Shown here piece by piece: positions 43,062 through 51,627 of a stretch of DNA of 64,000 nucleotides (the stretch's first letter is position 1; each line of letters begins with the position of its first letter). Source of the DNA: Candidatus Multivoradales bacterium (GTDB lineage Bacteria > Acidobacteriota > Thermoanaerobaculia > Multivoradales > JAHEKO01); assembly GCA_965223155.1 (NCBI GenBank), contig CBDCVR010000015.1:160001-224000 (forward strand). Reading direction: 5' to 3'. The position numbers were made by a program, and so were the translations under genes. Under the pieces are notes generated by a model. It did not search any database and was not told the origin of the DNA. It was given only the letters and a program-made list of their open reading frames with translations.

Positions 43062-44297
43062 ATGGCCTTTTTCAACTACTCGACCATGCAGATGACCGCC
43101 AAGGTCGTCTACTACGGCCCCGGCTTGTGCGGCAAGACGACCAACTTGCAGTACATCTACGGCCAAACCGAGGAAGAGTCGCGCGGCGAGATGGTGTCGC
43201 TCGAGACCCAGACCGACCGAACCCTGTTCTTCGACCTGCTGCCTCTGGACGTCGGCACGGTGGCCGGTTTCCGCACCAAGATCCAGCTCTACACGGTGCC
43301 GGGACAGGTGTTCTACAACACCACCAGAAAGCTGGTTCTGAAAGGGGTGGATGGGGTCGTGTTCGTGGCCGATTCCCAGGAGCCCATGCTCCAGTCCAAC
43401 ATCGAGTCCCTGGCGAACCTGGGAGAGAACCTGGCCGAGTTGGGAGTGACCCTGGACGCAATCCCTCTGGTACTCCAATACAACAAACGCGATCTGCCCT
43501 CGGTGTGCTCGGTCGCGACCCTGGACGAAGCCCTCAACCGCCACGGCTGGGAAAGCTATGAAGCTTCGGCTCTGACCGGTCAGGGTGTCTTCGAAACACT
43601 TCGTGGCATCTCGAGGCTGACCCTGCTTTCGCTCCGCGAACAGCTCGAGCTGACCCCCGGCGCGAGCGACCGCGTCCGCACCGATGCCGCCGCAGTCGAC
43701 GCCCCGACCGAGGGTCCGGCCGAGGGTCAGGCCGATCCCCTGGAAGAGCCTGCGGCCGAAGCAACCGCGGCCAGCGCCGAGGACGAGACCGCAGCCGACG
43801 CCGTCGACGAAGCCGGCTCGGAGGAGTCGCTTGCCGCGGAGGCCGCCGACGCCGAGGGCAAGGAGGGCTCTGAGCCTCTCCCGGACGCCGAGCCAGAGCC
43901 AACCCCCAGGGTATCCTCCGAGTCCGAGGTCGCGACGGCAGCCGGCACCCAAGCCACAGCGCCTGCGCCGGTGCGCTCGGACGATCGCCAGCCGATCCCC
44001 CAGGCCGCACCGAACGCGGCGGCGAGCGCGGCCGCAGGTGGAAACGGCGAGCCGGTCCCGGCTCCGGAGCCGGAGGCTCTCGAAACGTTGCCGCCGCCTC
44101 AGGCCGTTCGCAAGGACCTCCTCCTGCGCCTCAACCGGCAGGACTTCCAGCGCACGCGCCAGGTCGCTATCAAGCTGTCGTTACAAGAAGCGGATGGAAC
44201 CGTGGTCCGCGTCACCCGGGATCTCCAGATTCCGGTCGACACCGCCACCGACGAAGCCATCCTGCGGCTCAATCTGGCGCTCAGGTCCGAGACCTGA
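43062..44297 (+). CDS. MglA-family small GTPase with a long acidic linker and an extra C-terminal domain
   Basis: KVVYYGPGLCGKTTNL, DRTLFFD, YTVPGQVFY, GVDGVVFVADS, QYNKRDL, EASA, followed by about 215 extra residues. Confidence 0.9.
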   Translation: MAFFNYSTMQMTAKVVYYGPGLCGKTTNLQYIYGQTEEESRGEMVSLETQTDRTLFFDLLPLDVGTVAGFRTKIQLYTVPGQVFYNTTRKLVLKGVDGVVFVADSQEPMLQSNIESLANLGENLAELGVTLDAIPLVLQYNKRDLPSVCSVATLDEALNRHGWESYEASALTGQGVFETLRGISRLTLLSLREQLELTPGASDRVRTDAAAVDAPTEGPAEGQADPLEEPAAEATAASAEDETAADAVDEAGSEESLAAEAADAEGKEGSEPLPDAEPEPTPRVSSESEVATAAGTQATAPAPVRSDDRQPIPQAAPNAAASAAAGGNGEPVPAPEPEALETLPPPQAVRKDLLLRLNRQDFQRTRQVAIKLSLQEADGTVVRVTRDLQIPVDTATDEAILRLNLALRSET

Positions 44298-44324
44298 GGA
44301 AAGCCGGTACCCGGTGGCGTAGCG

Positions 44325-44780
44325 GTGAAGTGTCCCTATTGCGGCGATCTCAAAGACCGGGTCGTCGACTCGCGTGAGAGCAAGGACGGCTTGACGATCC
44401 GGAGGCGGCGCGAGTGCCTTGGCTGCAACCGCCGGTTCACCTCGTACGAGCAGATCGAGGACATCCCCTACATGGTGGTGAAGACCGACGGCTCGAGGCA
44501 GGACTTCGACCGCCAGAAGCTGGCGGCCGGGCTCCACAAGGCCTGCGAGAAGCGGCCGGTCTCGTCCACCGATCTCGAGGGCATCGTAGACGCGGTCGAG
44601 CGCCGGCTCCACCAGCAGGAAGACCGCGAGATCACCACCAAGGAAATCGGCACGATCATCATGCGACGGCTGAAGAAGCTCGACCAGGTGGCGTACGTTC
44701 GATTCGCTTCCGTCTACCGGAAGTTCGAAGACGTCGACGAGTTCATGGAAGAGCTCAAGAAGCTGGTCGGGCGCAGCTAG
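44325..44780 (+). CDS. nrdR: Transcriptional repressor NrdR
   Basis: MKCPYC, VVDSR, RRRRECLGC, ATP cone, VAYVRFASVY. Confidence 0.97.
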   Translation: MKCPYCGDLKDRVVDSRESKDGLTIRRRRECLGCNRRFTSYEQIEDIPYMVVKTDGSRQDFDRQKLAAGLHKACEKRPVSSTDLEGIVDAVERRLHQQEDREITTKEIGTIIMRRLKKLDQVAYVRFASVYRKFEDVDEFMEELKKLVGRS

Positions 44781-44920
44781 CAGCGCGTGGTGGCTTGTGC
44801 CGCAGATGCAGGAAGTGAGGAGAAGGCGATGCGGGGGTATCGTTGAGGTACGGCAACGCCGCTTCCTCCTCCGCGCCGCCTCGAACGCAATCGTCTTGAC
44901 CACAACCACGGGTTCTTAAG
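44777..44920 (+). repeat. Intergenic element (copy A), long imperfect palindrome, MITE/REP-like
   Basis: Begins CTAGCAGCGCGTGGTGG on the nrdR stop. Nested pairs CGTGGT/ACCACG, GAGGAG/CTCCTC, CGTTG/CAACG. Confidence 0.6.
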
Positions 44921-45445
44921 GTGGCGGTGCGTATCAAGACCGTTCGCGTCCTGAGGCGTCTGGACCGACCCGGCGGCTCGATGGCGTTGGGCTCGCTTCC
45001 GGATGGCGCAGCCGCACCCACGGCACCCGGCACGGTCCAGCTGGACCTCTATCGAACCGCCGACAGCCTGGTCATCCTGGCCGAGCTACCTGGCGCCGAG
45101 CCGGACCAGGTCGAGATCACCATCCAGGATCGGCGCCTGACCCTTCGCGGCACGCGCAAACTCGCCGACGCCGAGCCCGGCGACCGTTTCCTGTGCCTGG
45201 AGCGAGCCTGGGGCGCCTTCGAGCGCTCGCTCGATCTGCCCGCTCCGGTGGATAGCTCGGCCGCTACCGCTCGGCTCGAAGACGGTGTCCTGCGCGTCCG
45301 GTTGCCCGTCATCACCGATCGCCGTGGCGGCCGCCAGATTCCGATTCAGACCCGATCGGCCAAGGCCCAGCCGATCGAACCGGGCCGATCGAACCGGGCC
45401 GATCAAGCCCTCCCCAACGACCCGACCCACGAGAGCTCCCCGTGA
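44921..45445 (+). CDS. Hsp20/alpha-crystallin small heat shock protein
   Basis: AELPG, LTLRG, ERAWGAFERSLDLP, ARLEDGVLRVRLP. Start could be 44981. Confidence 0.88.
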   Translation: MAVRIKTVRVLRRLDRPGGSMALGSLPDGAAAPTAPGTVQLDLYRTADSLVILAELPGAEPDQVEITIQDRRLTLRGTRKLADAEPGDRFLCLERAWGAFERSLDLPAPVDSSAATARLEDGVLRVRLPVITDRRGGRQIPIQTRSAKAQPIEPGRSNRADQALPNDPTHESSP

Positions 45446-47874
45446 ACCAGCAAGCCAACGAACCTCACGACGAAACCCTGGTGCTGCCGGACGTCGCGCC
45501 CGTCCTCCCGCTCAAGGACGTGGTGGTCTTTCCCTACATCATCGTGCCGCTTTCGATCGGCCGCGACAAGAGCGTTCAGGCCATCGACCAGGCCCTGACC
45601 GCCAACCGCATTCTGGTACTGGCAGCGCAGCGCGAACCTTCGGTCGAGGACCCCAAGGAAGAGGACATCCACAAGCTGGGAACGGCGGCGGTCATCATGC
45701 GCATGCTGAAGCTCCCAGATGGTCGCATCCGCATCCTGGTACAGGGCCTTTCGCGCGTGCGCATTCGGCACTTCAGCCAGACCGAGCCCTTCCTGCAAGC
45801 TCGCATCGAGTCGCTCGAAGACGGACAGGGAAATCGGCCTCGCCTCGAAGTCGAAGCCCTTGTGCGCAGCGTCAAGGACGGACTCGACCGGGTGTTGGAG
45901 TTGGGCAAGGAGATCTCCGCCGAGGTGGCGGTCATCGCCGCCAACCTGGACGATCCCGGCCGCCTGGCGGACCTCGTCGCCTCGAACCTGGATCTCAAGA
46001 CGGCCGAGGCGCAGAGCATCCTGGCCACGGTCGATCCCATCGACCGCCTGAAGCTGGTCAACGCGTCCCTGGCGCGGGAGATCCAGGTGCTCTCAATGCA
46101 GCAGCGAATCTCCACCCAGGCCCGCGGCGAGATGGACAAGAGCCAGCGCGACTACTACCTGCGCCAGCAACTGAAGGCGATCCGGCAGGAGCTGGGCGAG
46201 GACGAAGACCTGGCCGAGGACGTGCGCACCTATCGCGAGGCGGTCGCGGACAAGGACCTTCCGGAGGAGGCCGTCGAAGAGCTCGAGCGGCAGCTCAAGA
46301 AGCTCGAGCGCGGACACCCGGAGAGCGCGGAGACCGCGATCATCCGCAACTTTCTGGATTGGCTCACCGCTCTGCCCTGGGGCCAGGTCAGCGTTGACAA
46401 GCTGAACCTCAAACGGGCGCGGCGCATCCTGGACGAAGACCACTACGACTTGGACGAGGTCAAGACCCGGATCCTGGAGTACCTGGCGGTGCGCAAACTC
46501 AACCCCGAGGTCAAGGGTCCGATTCTGTGCTTCGTGGGGCCGCCGGGCGTGGGCAAGACCTCTTTGGGCAGGTCCATCGCCCGCGCCATGGACCGGCAGT
46601 TCGTGGGTATCTCCCTGGGCGGCGTGCGGGACGAAGCCGAGATCCGCGGCCACCGGCGCACCTACGTCGGGGCCATGCCCGGCCGCATCCTGCAGGGCCT
46701 GAGACAGGCGGGTACGAGCAACCCCATCTTCATGCTCGACGAGATCGACAAGCTGGGCTCGGACTTCCGCGGGGATCCCTCCTCGGCCCTGCTCGAGGTT
46801 CTGGACCCCGAACAGAACTTCAACTTTCGCGACCACTATCTGGGAGTCGCCTACGACCTGAGCCGGGTCATGTTCATCACCACCGCCAACCAGATGCATC
46901 CGATTCAGCCCGCCTTCCGGGACCGCATGGAGGTCATCCGCATCTCCGGCTACGTCGAGGAAGAAAAGGTCCAGATCGCCAAGCGCCACCTGATCCCCAA
47001 GCAGGTGGTCGAGCATGGACTGCAAGCGGGCCGGATCTCGTTCACCGACGCCGGCATCCGCCGCATCATCACCGGCTACACCAAGGAGGCCGGTCTGCGG
47101 AACCTAGAGCGCGAGATCGCGAAGATCTGCCGCAAGGTCGCGGTCAAGGCCGCCGAGGGCAAGCTGCGCTCCAAGGCCTCCGTCTCGGTACGCTCGGTCG
47201 AGAACTATCTGGGGCCCGCCAAGCACTTCAGCGAAGAGCTCTTGAGCCGGGACCGGATCGGGGTGGCCACCGGCCTGGCCTGGACCCCGGCGGGTGGCGA
47301 TCTGCTCTTCATCGAGACCGTGGCCGTTCCCGGATCCGGGAAGCTGTTGATGACCGGCCAGCTAGGCAAGGTCATGAAGGAGTCGGCCCAGGCCGCGATC
47401 ACCTACGCGCGCAGCTCGAATCTCCTGTCGAAAGCGCCCGCCGACTTCTTCTCCACTCGCGACATCCACGTCCACGTGCCGGCCGGCTCGATTCCCAAGG
47501 ACGGCCCCTCGGCCGGGATCACCGTGGCAACCGCCATCGTTTCGCTCTTGACCGGCCGGCCGGTCGACCGGCGCGTCGCAATGACTGGCGAGATCACGCT
47601 GCGCGGCGACGTGCTCCCCATCGGCGGGCTCAAGGAGAAGATCCTGGCCGCGCGCAACGCTGGCGTACGGACCGTGGTGATCCCGAAGCTCAATGAGCGC
47701 GATCTCGCCGAGATCGGCGACGAGCTCAAGGCGGGGCTGACGGTCCACCTCGTCGACCACGCCGACCAGGCGGTGGAGTTGGCCCTGGGCACGAGCCCGG
47801 CCGGACGGGCGCGCCGGACCGCCAGGGCAAAAGCGGCCAAGCCGGCGAGGGCGGCCCATGGGCGGCTCGGCTGA
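45442..47874 (+). CDS. lon: Lon protease (endopeptidase La)
   Basis: LON N-domain, GPPGVGKTS, RRTYVGAMPG, LDEIDK, PKDGPSAG, GGLKEK. Confidence 0.98.
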   Translation: MNQQANEPHDETLVLPDVAPVLPLKDVVVFPYIIVPLSIGRDKSVQAIDQALTANRILVLAAQREPSVEDPKEEDIHKLGTAAVIMRMLKLPDGRIRILVQGLSRVRIRHFSQTEPFLQARIESLEDGQGNRPRLEVEALVRSVKDGLDRVLELGKEISAEVAVIAANLDDPGRLADLVASNLDLKTAEAQSILATVDPIDRLKLVNASLAREIQVLSMQQRISTQARGEMDKSQRDYYLRQQLKAIRQELGEDEDLAEDVRTYREAVADKDLPEEAVEELERQLKKLERGHPESAETAIIRNFLDWLTALPWGQVSVDKLNLKRARRILDEDHYDLDEVKTRILEYLAVRKLNPEVKGPILCFVGPPGVGKTSLGRSIARAMDRQFVGISLGGVRDEAEIRGHRRTYVGAMPGRILQGLRQAGTSNPIFMLDEIDKLGSDFRGDPSSALLEVLDPEQNFNFRDHYLGVAYDLSRVMFITTANQMHPIQPAFRDRMEVIRISGYVEEEKVQIAKRHLIPKQVVEHGLQAGRISFTDAGIRRIITGYTKEAGLRNLEREIAKICRKVAVKAAEGKLRSKASVSVRSVENYLGPAKHFSEELLSRDRIGVATGLAWTPAGGDLLFIETVAVPGSGKLLMTGQLGKVMKESAQAAITYARSSNLLSKAPADFFSTRDIHVHVPAGSIPKDGPSAGITVATAIVSLLTGRPVDRRVAMTGEITLRGDVLPIGGLKEKILAARNAGVRTVVIPKLNERDLAEIGDELKAGLTVHLVDHADQAVELALGTSPAGRARRTARAKAAKPARAAHGRLG

Positions 47875-48868
47875 AGATCGGCTGATCCACTGGCTTCGCG
47901 GGCGGCTCGCCGGCGGTTCCGGAACCGCGGCGGGAAGCGGCCCGGGCGACGACGTAGCGTTTCTCGGCCTCACCGGCGACTGGGCCGCCACCTCGGACCA
48001 GCAGATCCCTGGCGTCCACGTTCCGCCCGGTCTGGACGAAGCCCTGATTGCCCGCAGGCTGCTCGCCGTCAATCTGTCCGATCTGGCCGCCGCCGGAGCC
48101 AGGCCCCGCTTCGCTCTGTCCCAGATCGCGGCCGCTCCGTCCTTCGACGTCAAGCGCTTCCTGGGCGCGCTGGTCTCCGCCTGCCGCTCGGCCGGCGTCG
48201 AGCTCGTGGGTGGAGACGTCGCGCGCTCGAGCGCCACCGTCACCAGCCTCACGCTTCTCGGCCGCCGCGCCGCGCGGGGCCGCTGGCTCGCGCGGGGCGA
48301 CCTTCGGGCGGGAGACCGCATCTGGCTCGGCGGCCCGGTGGGCGAATCGCGGCTGGGCCGGGCCGTCTTGGAACGGACTGCCGTTCCCGCCCGCGGCCGT
48401 CCCCGGCTGCCGGCGGCGGGTATTCCCCAGGGTCTGCGCCGAGCGGCCGCGGCCGCCCTGAACCGTCATCTGGAGCCGTTGCCCCAACTGGACTTGGGCG
48501 GCTGGCTGGCGCGCCGCCGGCGCTGCGGCGCCATCGACGTCTCGGACGGCCTGCTCTTGGATCTCACGCGCCTCGCCAGCGCCGGCGAAGTGGCACTGAC
48601 GATCGAGGCCGGCAGGCTGCCGCTGGCTCCCGGACACGACTCTCTAGCAGACCACCTCGGCCTCGACCCGCTCGACGCGAGCCTGACCGGGGGCGAGGAC
48701 TACGTCCTGGCGTTCGGGTTGCCCCCGGCGATCCGCCCGCCGGCCGAATTCGGCGCCACCGCCATCGGCCGCGCCCTCGAACGGCGGCCCGGCAGGCGCC
48801 GCCTAGCCGTCACCGGCCTTGGCGGCCGCCAGCTTCCGGAAACCTCGGGCTGGGATCATCTGGCCTGA
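47858..48868 (+). CDS. thiL: Thiamine-monophosphate kinase
   Basis: GDDVA, AVNLSDLAA, LVGGD, IDVSDGL, GGEDY. Confidence 0.9.
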   Translation: MGGSAEDRLIHWLRGRLAGGSGTAAGSGPGDDVAFLGLTGDWAATSDQQIPGVHVPPGLDEALIARRLLAVNLSDLAAAGARPRFALSQIAAAPSFDVKRFLGALVSACRSAGVELVGGDVARSSATVTSLTLLGRRAARGRWLARGDLRAGDRIWLGGPVGESRLGRAVLERTAVPARGRPRLPAAGIPQGLRRAAAAALNRHLEPLPQLDLGGWLARRRRCGAIDVSDGLLLDLTRLASAGEVALTIEAGRLPLAPGHDSLADHLGLDPLDASLTGGEDYVLAFGLPPAIRPPAEFGATAIGRALERRPGRRRLAVTGLGGRQLPETSGWDHLA

Positions 48869-49050
48869 TCGCTTCGCCGGAGGCCTAGCGGGCGGCGGCC
48901 GGGCCCAGGAGCGGCGCAAGACGGACCGTCCGGGACGCCCGGTGCGCCTCGGCAGGTGTAGAGCGCGGCAGGCTCCGCGGGCACCCGGCTCGTACGACGT
49001 TCACGGTTCCGGTACGCGCGATCCGGATCGCCGCCGACTGATCCGTCCGG

Positions 49051-49923
49051 TCAGGTACGTAGCGCCGCCTCGGCACCGGTAGAAGCGGCCCGGCGCGGAT
49101 CCAGCGAATCGACCAGTCCGTCGCCAACGAAGTTCAGGCCCATGACGGTCAGAAAGATGGCGATTCCGGGAAACAGGGCCAGATGCGGGGCGTCCAGCAG
49201 GTGCCCCCGTCCGGCGTTGATCATCGCCCCCCAAGACGGCGTCGGCGGCTGGATTCCCAGACCCAGAAACGACAGTCCCGCCTCAGCCAGGATGGCGCCG
49301 GCCATGCCCAGGCTGGCCTGCACCAGCAGCGTCGGCAGGACGTTGGGCAAGATATGGCGAAGCAGGAGCCTCGAGGTTCCGACTCCAGCGACTCGCGCGG
49401 CATCGACGAACTCCTGCTCCCGAATCTGGAGCACCTGCGCCCGCACCAGGCGCGCATATCCCACCCAGCCGATCGTCACCAGGGCCAGAACCAGATGTTC
49501 CAGCGCCGGACCCAGAACGGCCACCAGAGCGATAGCCAGGAGGATCCCTGGAAAGGCCAGGAAGACGTCGGCGGTGCGCATGATGGCGGCGTCGACGCGC
49601 CCACCCACGAGGCCCGAGATGGACCCAATGAGGGTCCCCACCGAGCCCGCCAGAAGCACCACCGCCAACCCCACCCCGATCGATACGCGAGCGCCGAAAA
49701 GCAGTCGCGACAGAACGTCCCGGCCCAGCTCGTCAAGGCCCAGCCAGTGATCGGCACTGGGACCGGCCAGGCGAGCTTCGAGGTTCTGGGCGGCGGGATC
49801 CATCGGAGCCAGCCAGGGCGCGGCCAGAGCAGCGGTCAAGACGGCCACCAGGCAGAAGCCGCCGATGAGAAGACCCACCGGGCGCGAAGCCTCCGGGACG
49901 GATGCCGGACTCGCCGCGCTCAT
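49051..49923 (-). CDS. Peptide/nickel ABC transporter permease (DppC/OppC type)
   Basis: HWLGLDELGRD, EFVDAAR, HILPN, EAGLSFLGLG, PSWG. Confidence 0.93.
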   Translation of the reverse strand: MSAASPASVPEASRPVGLLIGGFCLVAVLTAALAAPWLAPMDPAAQNLEARLAGPSADHWLGLDELGRDVLSRLLFGARVSIGVGLAVVLLAGSVGTLIGSISGLVGGRVDAAIMRTADVFLAFPGILLAIALVAVLGPALEHLVLALVTIGWVGYARLVRAQVLQIREQEFVDAARVAGVGTSRLLLRHILPNVLPTLLVQASLGMAGAILAEAGLSFLGLGIQPPTPSWGAMINAGRGHLLDAPHLALFPGIAIFLTVMGLNFVGDGLVDSLDPRRAASTGAEAALRT

Positions 49924-50195
49924 CGGCCCATGCAGCCTTCCGGTCGCCGCGGCGCTTCGAGCAGTCGATGAGTGGCGGAGGCGAGGCCAGGCAGCGAGCT
50001 CTTCGAGTGCGGACCGGAGGAGCTCCTAGCCGTGTGCGCGGCGCCTCGACGCATAACGCCGGCTGCTAGACTCATGCGTTCCAAGAGGCTGCCCGAAAGG
50101 CCGGCCCGGAGGCCGCCAAGAAGACCGAGAGCAGTGTTCCCCGGCGCACGGTCCCCGACGCCGGGGCCACCGTCGGCTCCAGCCGGGATCGACCT

Positions 50196-50666
50196 ATGAA
50201 CGAACTCACCAAGACCGAGCGCTATGCCGCCGTCCGGAGTCAGCTGGGCGCGGTGCTCGAAGGCTTGAAGGATCCGGTCGCGATTCTCGCCACGGTGGCG
50301 GCGGTTCTCCACGAAGCGCTTCCGGCGGCGAGCTGGACCGGCTTTTACCGGGTCGTCGCTCCCGGCTTGCTGCGCGTCGGTCCCTACCAGGGTCCGGTCG
50401 GGTGCTTGGAGATTCCGTTCGATCGAGGCGTCTGCGGCGCCGCGGCGCGCGAGCGCAGGAGCCAAGTGGTGCCCGACGTCCACGCCTTCGCCGGCCACAT
50501 CGCGTGCGACGCCCGCGCCCGGTCGGAGATCGTGGTGCCCGTCCTCGATCGCGATGGCGAGCTCGTCGCCGTGCTCGACATCGACTCGCACGGCCCGGCG
50601 GCCTTCGACGACGGCGACCGCACCGGCCTGGAGGCCATTGCGGACGACTTGAGCCGGATGCTCTGA
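50196..50666 (+). CDS. msrC: GAF-domain free methionine-(R)-sulfoxide reductase
   Basis: WTGFY, GPYQGPVGC, RGVCG, GHIACD, SEIVVP, LDIDS; all three cysteines present. Confidence 0.88.
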   Translation: MNELTKTERYAAVRSQLGAVLEGLKDPVAILATVAAVLHEALPAASWTGFYRVVAPGLLRVGPYQGPVGCLEIPFDRGVCGAAARERRSQVVPDVHAFAGHIACDARARSEIVVPVLDRDGELVAVLDIDSHGPAAFDDGDRTGLEAIADDLSRML

Positions 50667-50700
50667 GACTCGCTCGGACGCGCCGTTCATCCCCACTCCG

Positions 50701-51627
50701 TCAGCTCCGCACCACCCGCATCCTGGGATCCAGAGCCGCATAGACGACGTCGGTGGCGAGATTCAGCAGCACATAGGTCAGCGCGATGGCCAGAATGCCG
50801 CCCTGCACCAACGGATAGTCCCGCAAGCGAATCGCCTGAATGACGAGCCGGCCCAGCCCGGGCCAGGAGAAGATCGTCTCGGTAATGATGGCTCCGGTCA
50901 GAAGCGCGCCGAATTGAAGACCCACGATGGTGACCACGGGAATCGAGGCGTTCTTGAGCGCGTGCCGCGCCACCGCCGAGGCCCGACTCAAGCCCCGGGC
51001 CTGGACCGCTCGCAAGTAGGGCTTGCCCAACTCTTCGGTTACGGAGCTTCGCACCATCCGGGTGAGGAGGCCGGCTAGCGCCGTACCCAGGGTCAGCGCC
51101 GGCAAGATCAAGTGAGCCGGGCCGCCCCGCCCGGAAACCGGCAGCCAGTCGAGCTGGATGGCGAACACCAGAATCAACATGGGCCCGAGCCAGAAGTTGG
51201 GAATCGACACTCCCATGAGCGCCAGGAAGCGCGAGCCGTGATCCACCGCTCCGTCCCGGCGGCTGGCGGCCACCAGGCCCAAGGGCACGGCGATGGCGAG
51301 GGCCACGATCATGCTCGCCAGGGCCAATTGAATGGTGGCCGGATAATGCTGGAGCAGGAGCTCGGCGACCGGCTTGCGGAAATGAAGAGACCGGCCCAAA
51401 TCGCCCCGGACAAGCCCGCCCAGGAAGCCCGCGTACTGCGCTCCCAGCGGCCGGTTGAGTCCCAAGTCCTCGCGTAGAGCGTCGATCTCGGAGCGTTGCG
51501 CGCCGTCGCCGAGCATCATCTCGACGGGATCGCCCGGGATCAGATGAATGAGCGAGAAGACCAGGGTCGCCACCAGCAGAGCGATCGGCACCGTCTGCAG
51601 CAGACGCCGGACGACGTAGCCGGTCAC
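50701..51627 (-). CDS. Peptide/nickel ABC transporter permease (DppB/OppB type)
   Basis: PGDP, GDLGRS, SIPNFWLG, HALKNA, ETIFSWPGLG, RDYPLVQG, DPR. Confidence 0.94.
   Translation of the reverse strand: MTGYVVRRLLQTVPIALLVATLVFSLIHLIPGDPVEMMLGDGAQRSEIDALREDLGLNRPLGAQYAGFLGGLVRGDLGRSLHFRKPVAELLLQHYPATIQLALASMIVALAIAVPLGLVAASRRDGAVDHGSRFLALMGVSIPNFWLGPMLILVFAIQLDWLPVSGRGGPAHLILPALTLGTALAGLLTRMVRSSVTEELGKPYLRAVQARGLSRASAVARHALKNASIPVVTIVGLQFGALLTGAIITETIFSWPGLGRLVIQAIRLRDYPLVQGGILAIALTYVLLNLATDVVYAALDPRMRVVRS

Noticed and set aside
48869-49050. 182-bp GC-rich gap between convergent thiL and dppC as an ncRNA or another repeat copy
   Set aside because: Some short inverted repeats and a CTAG, but too little shared sequence with copies A-C to call by eye.
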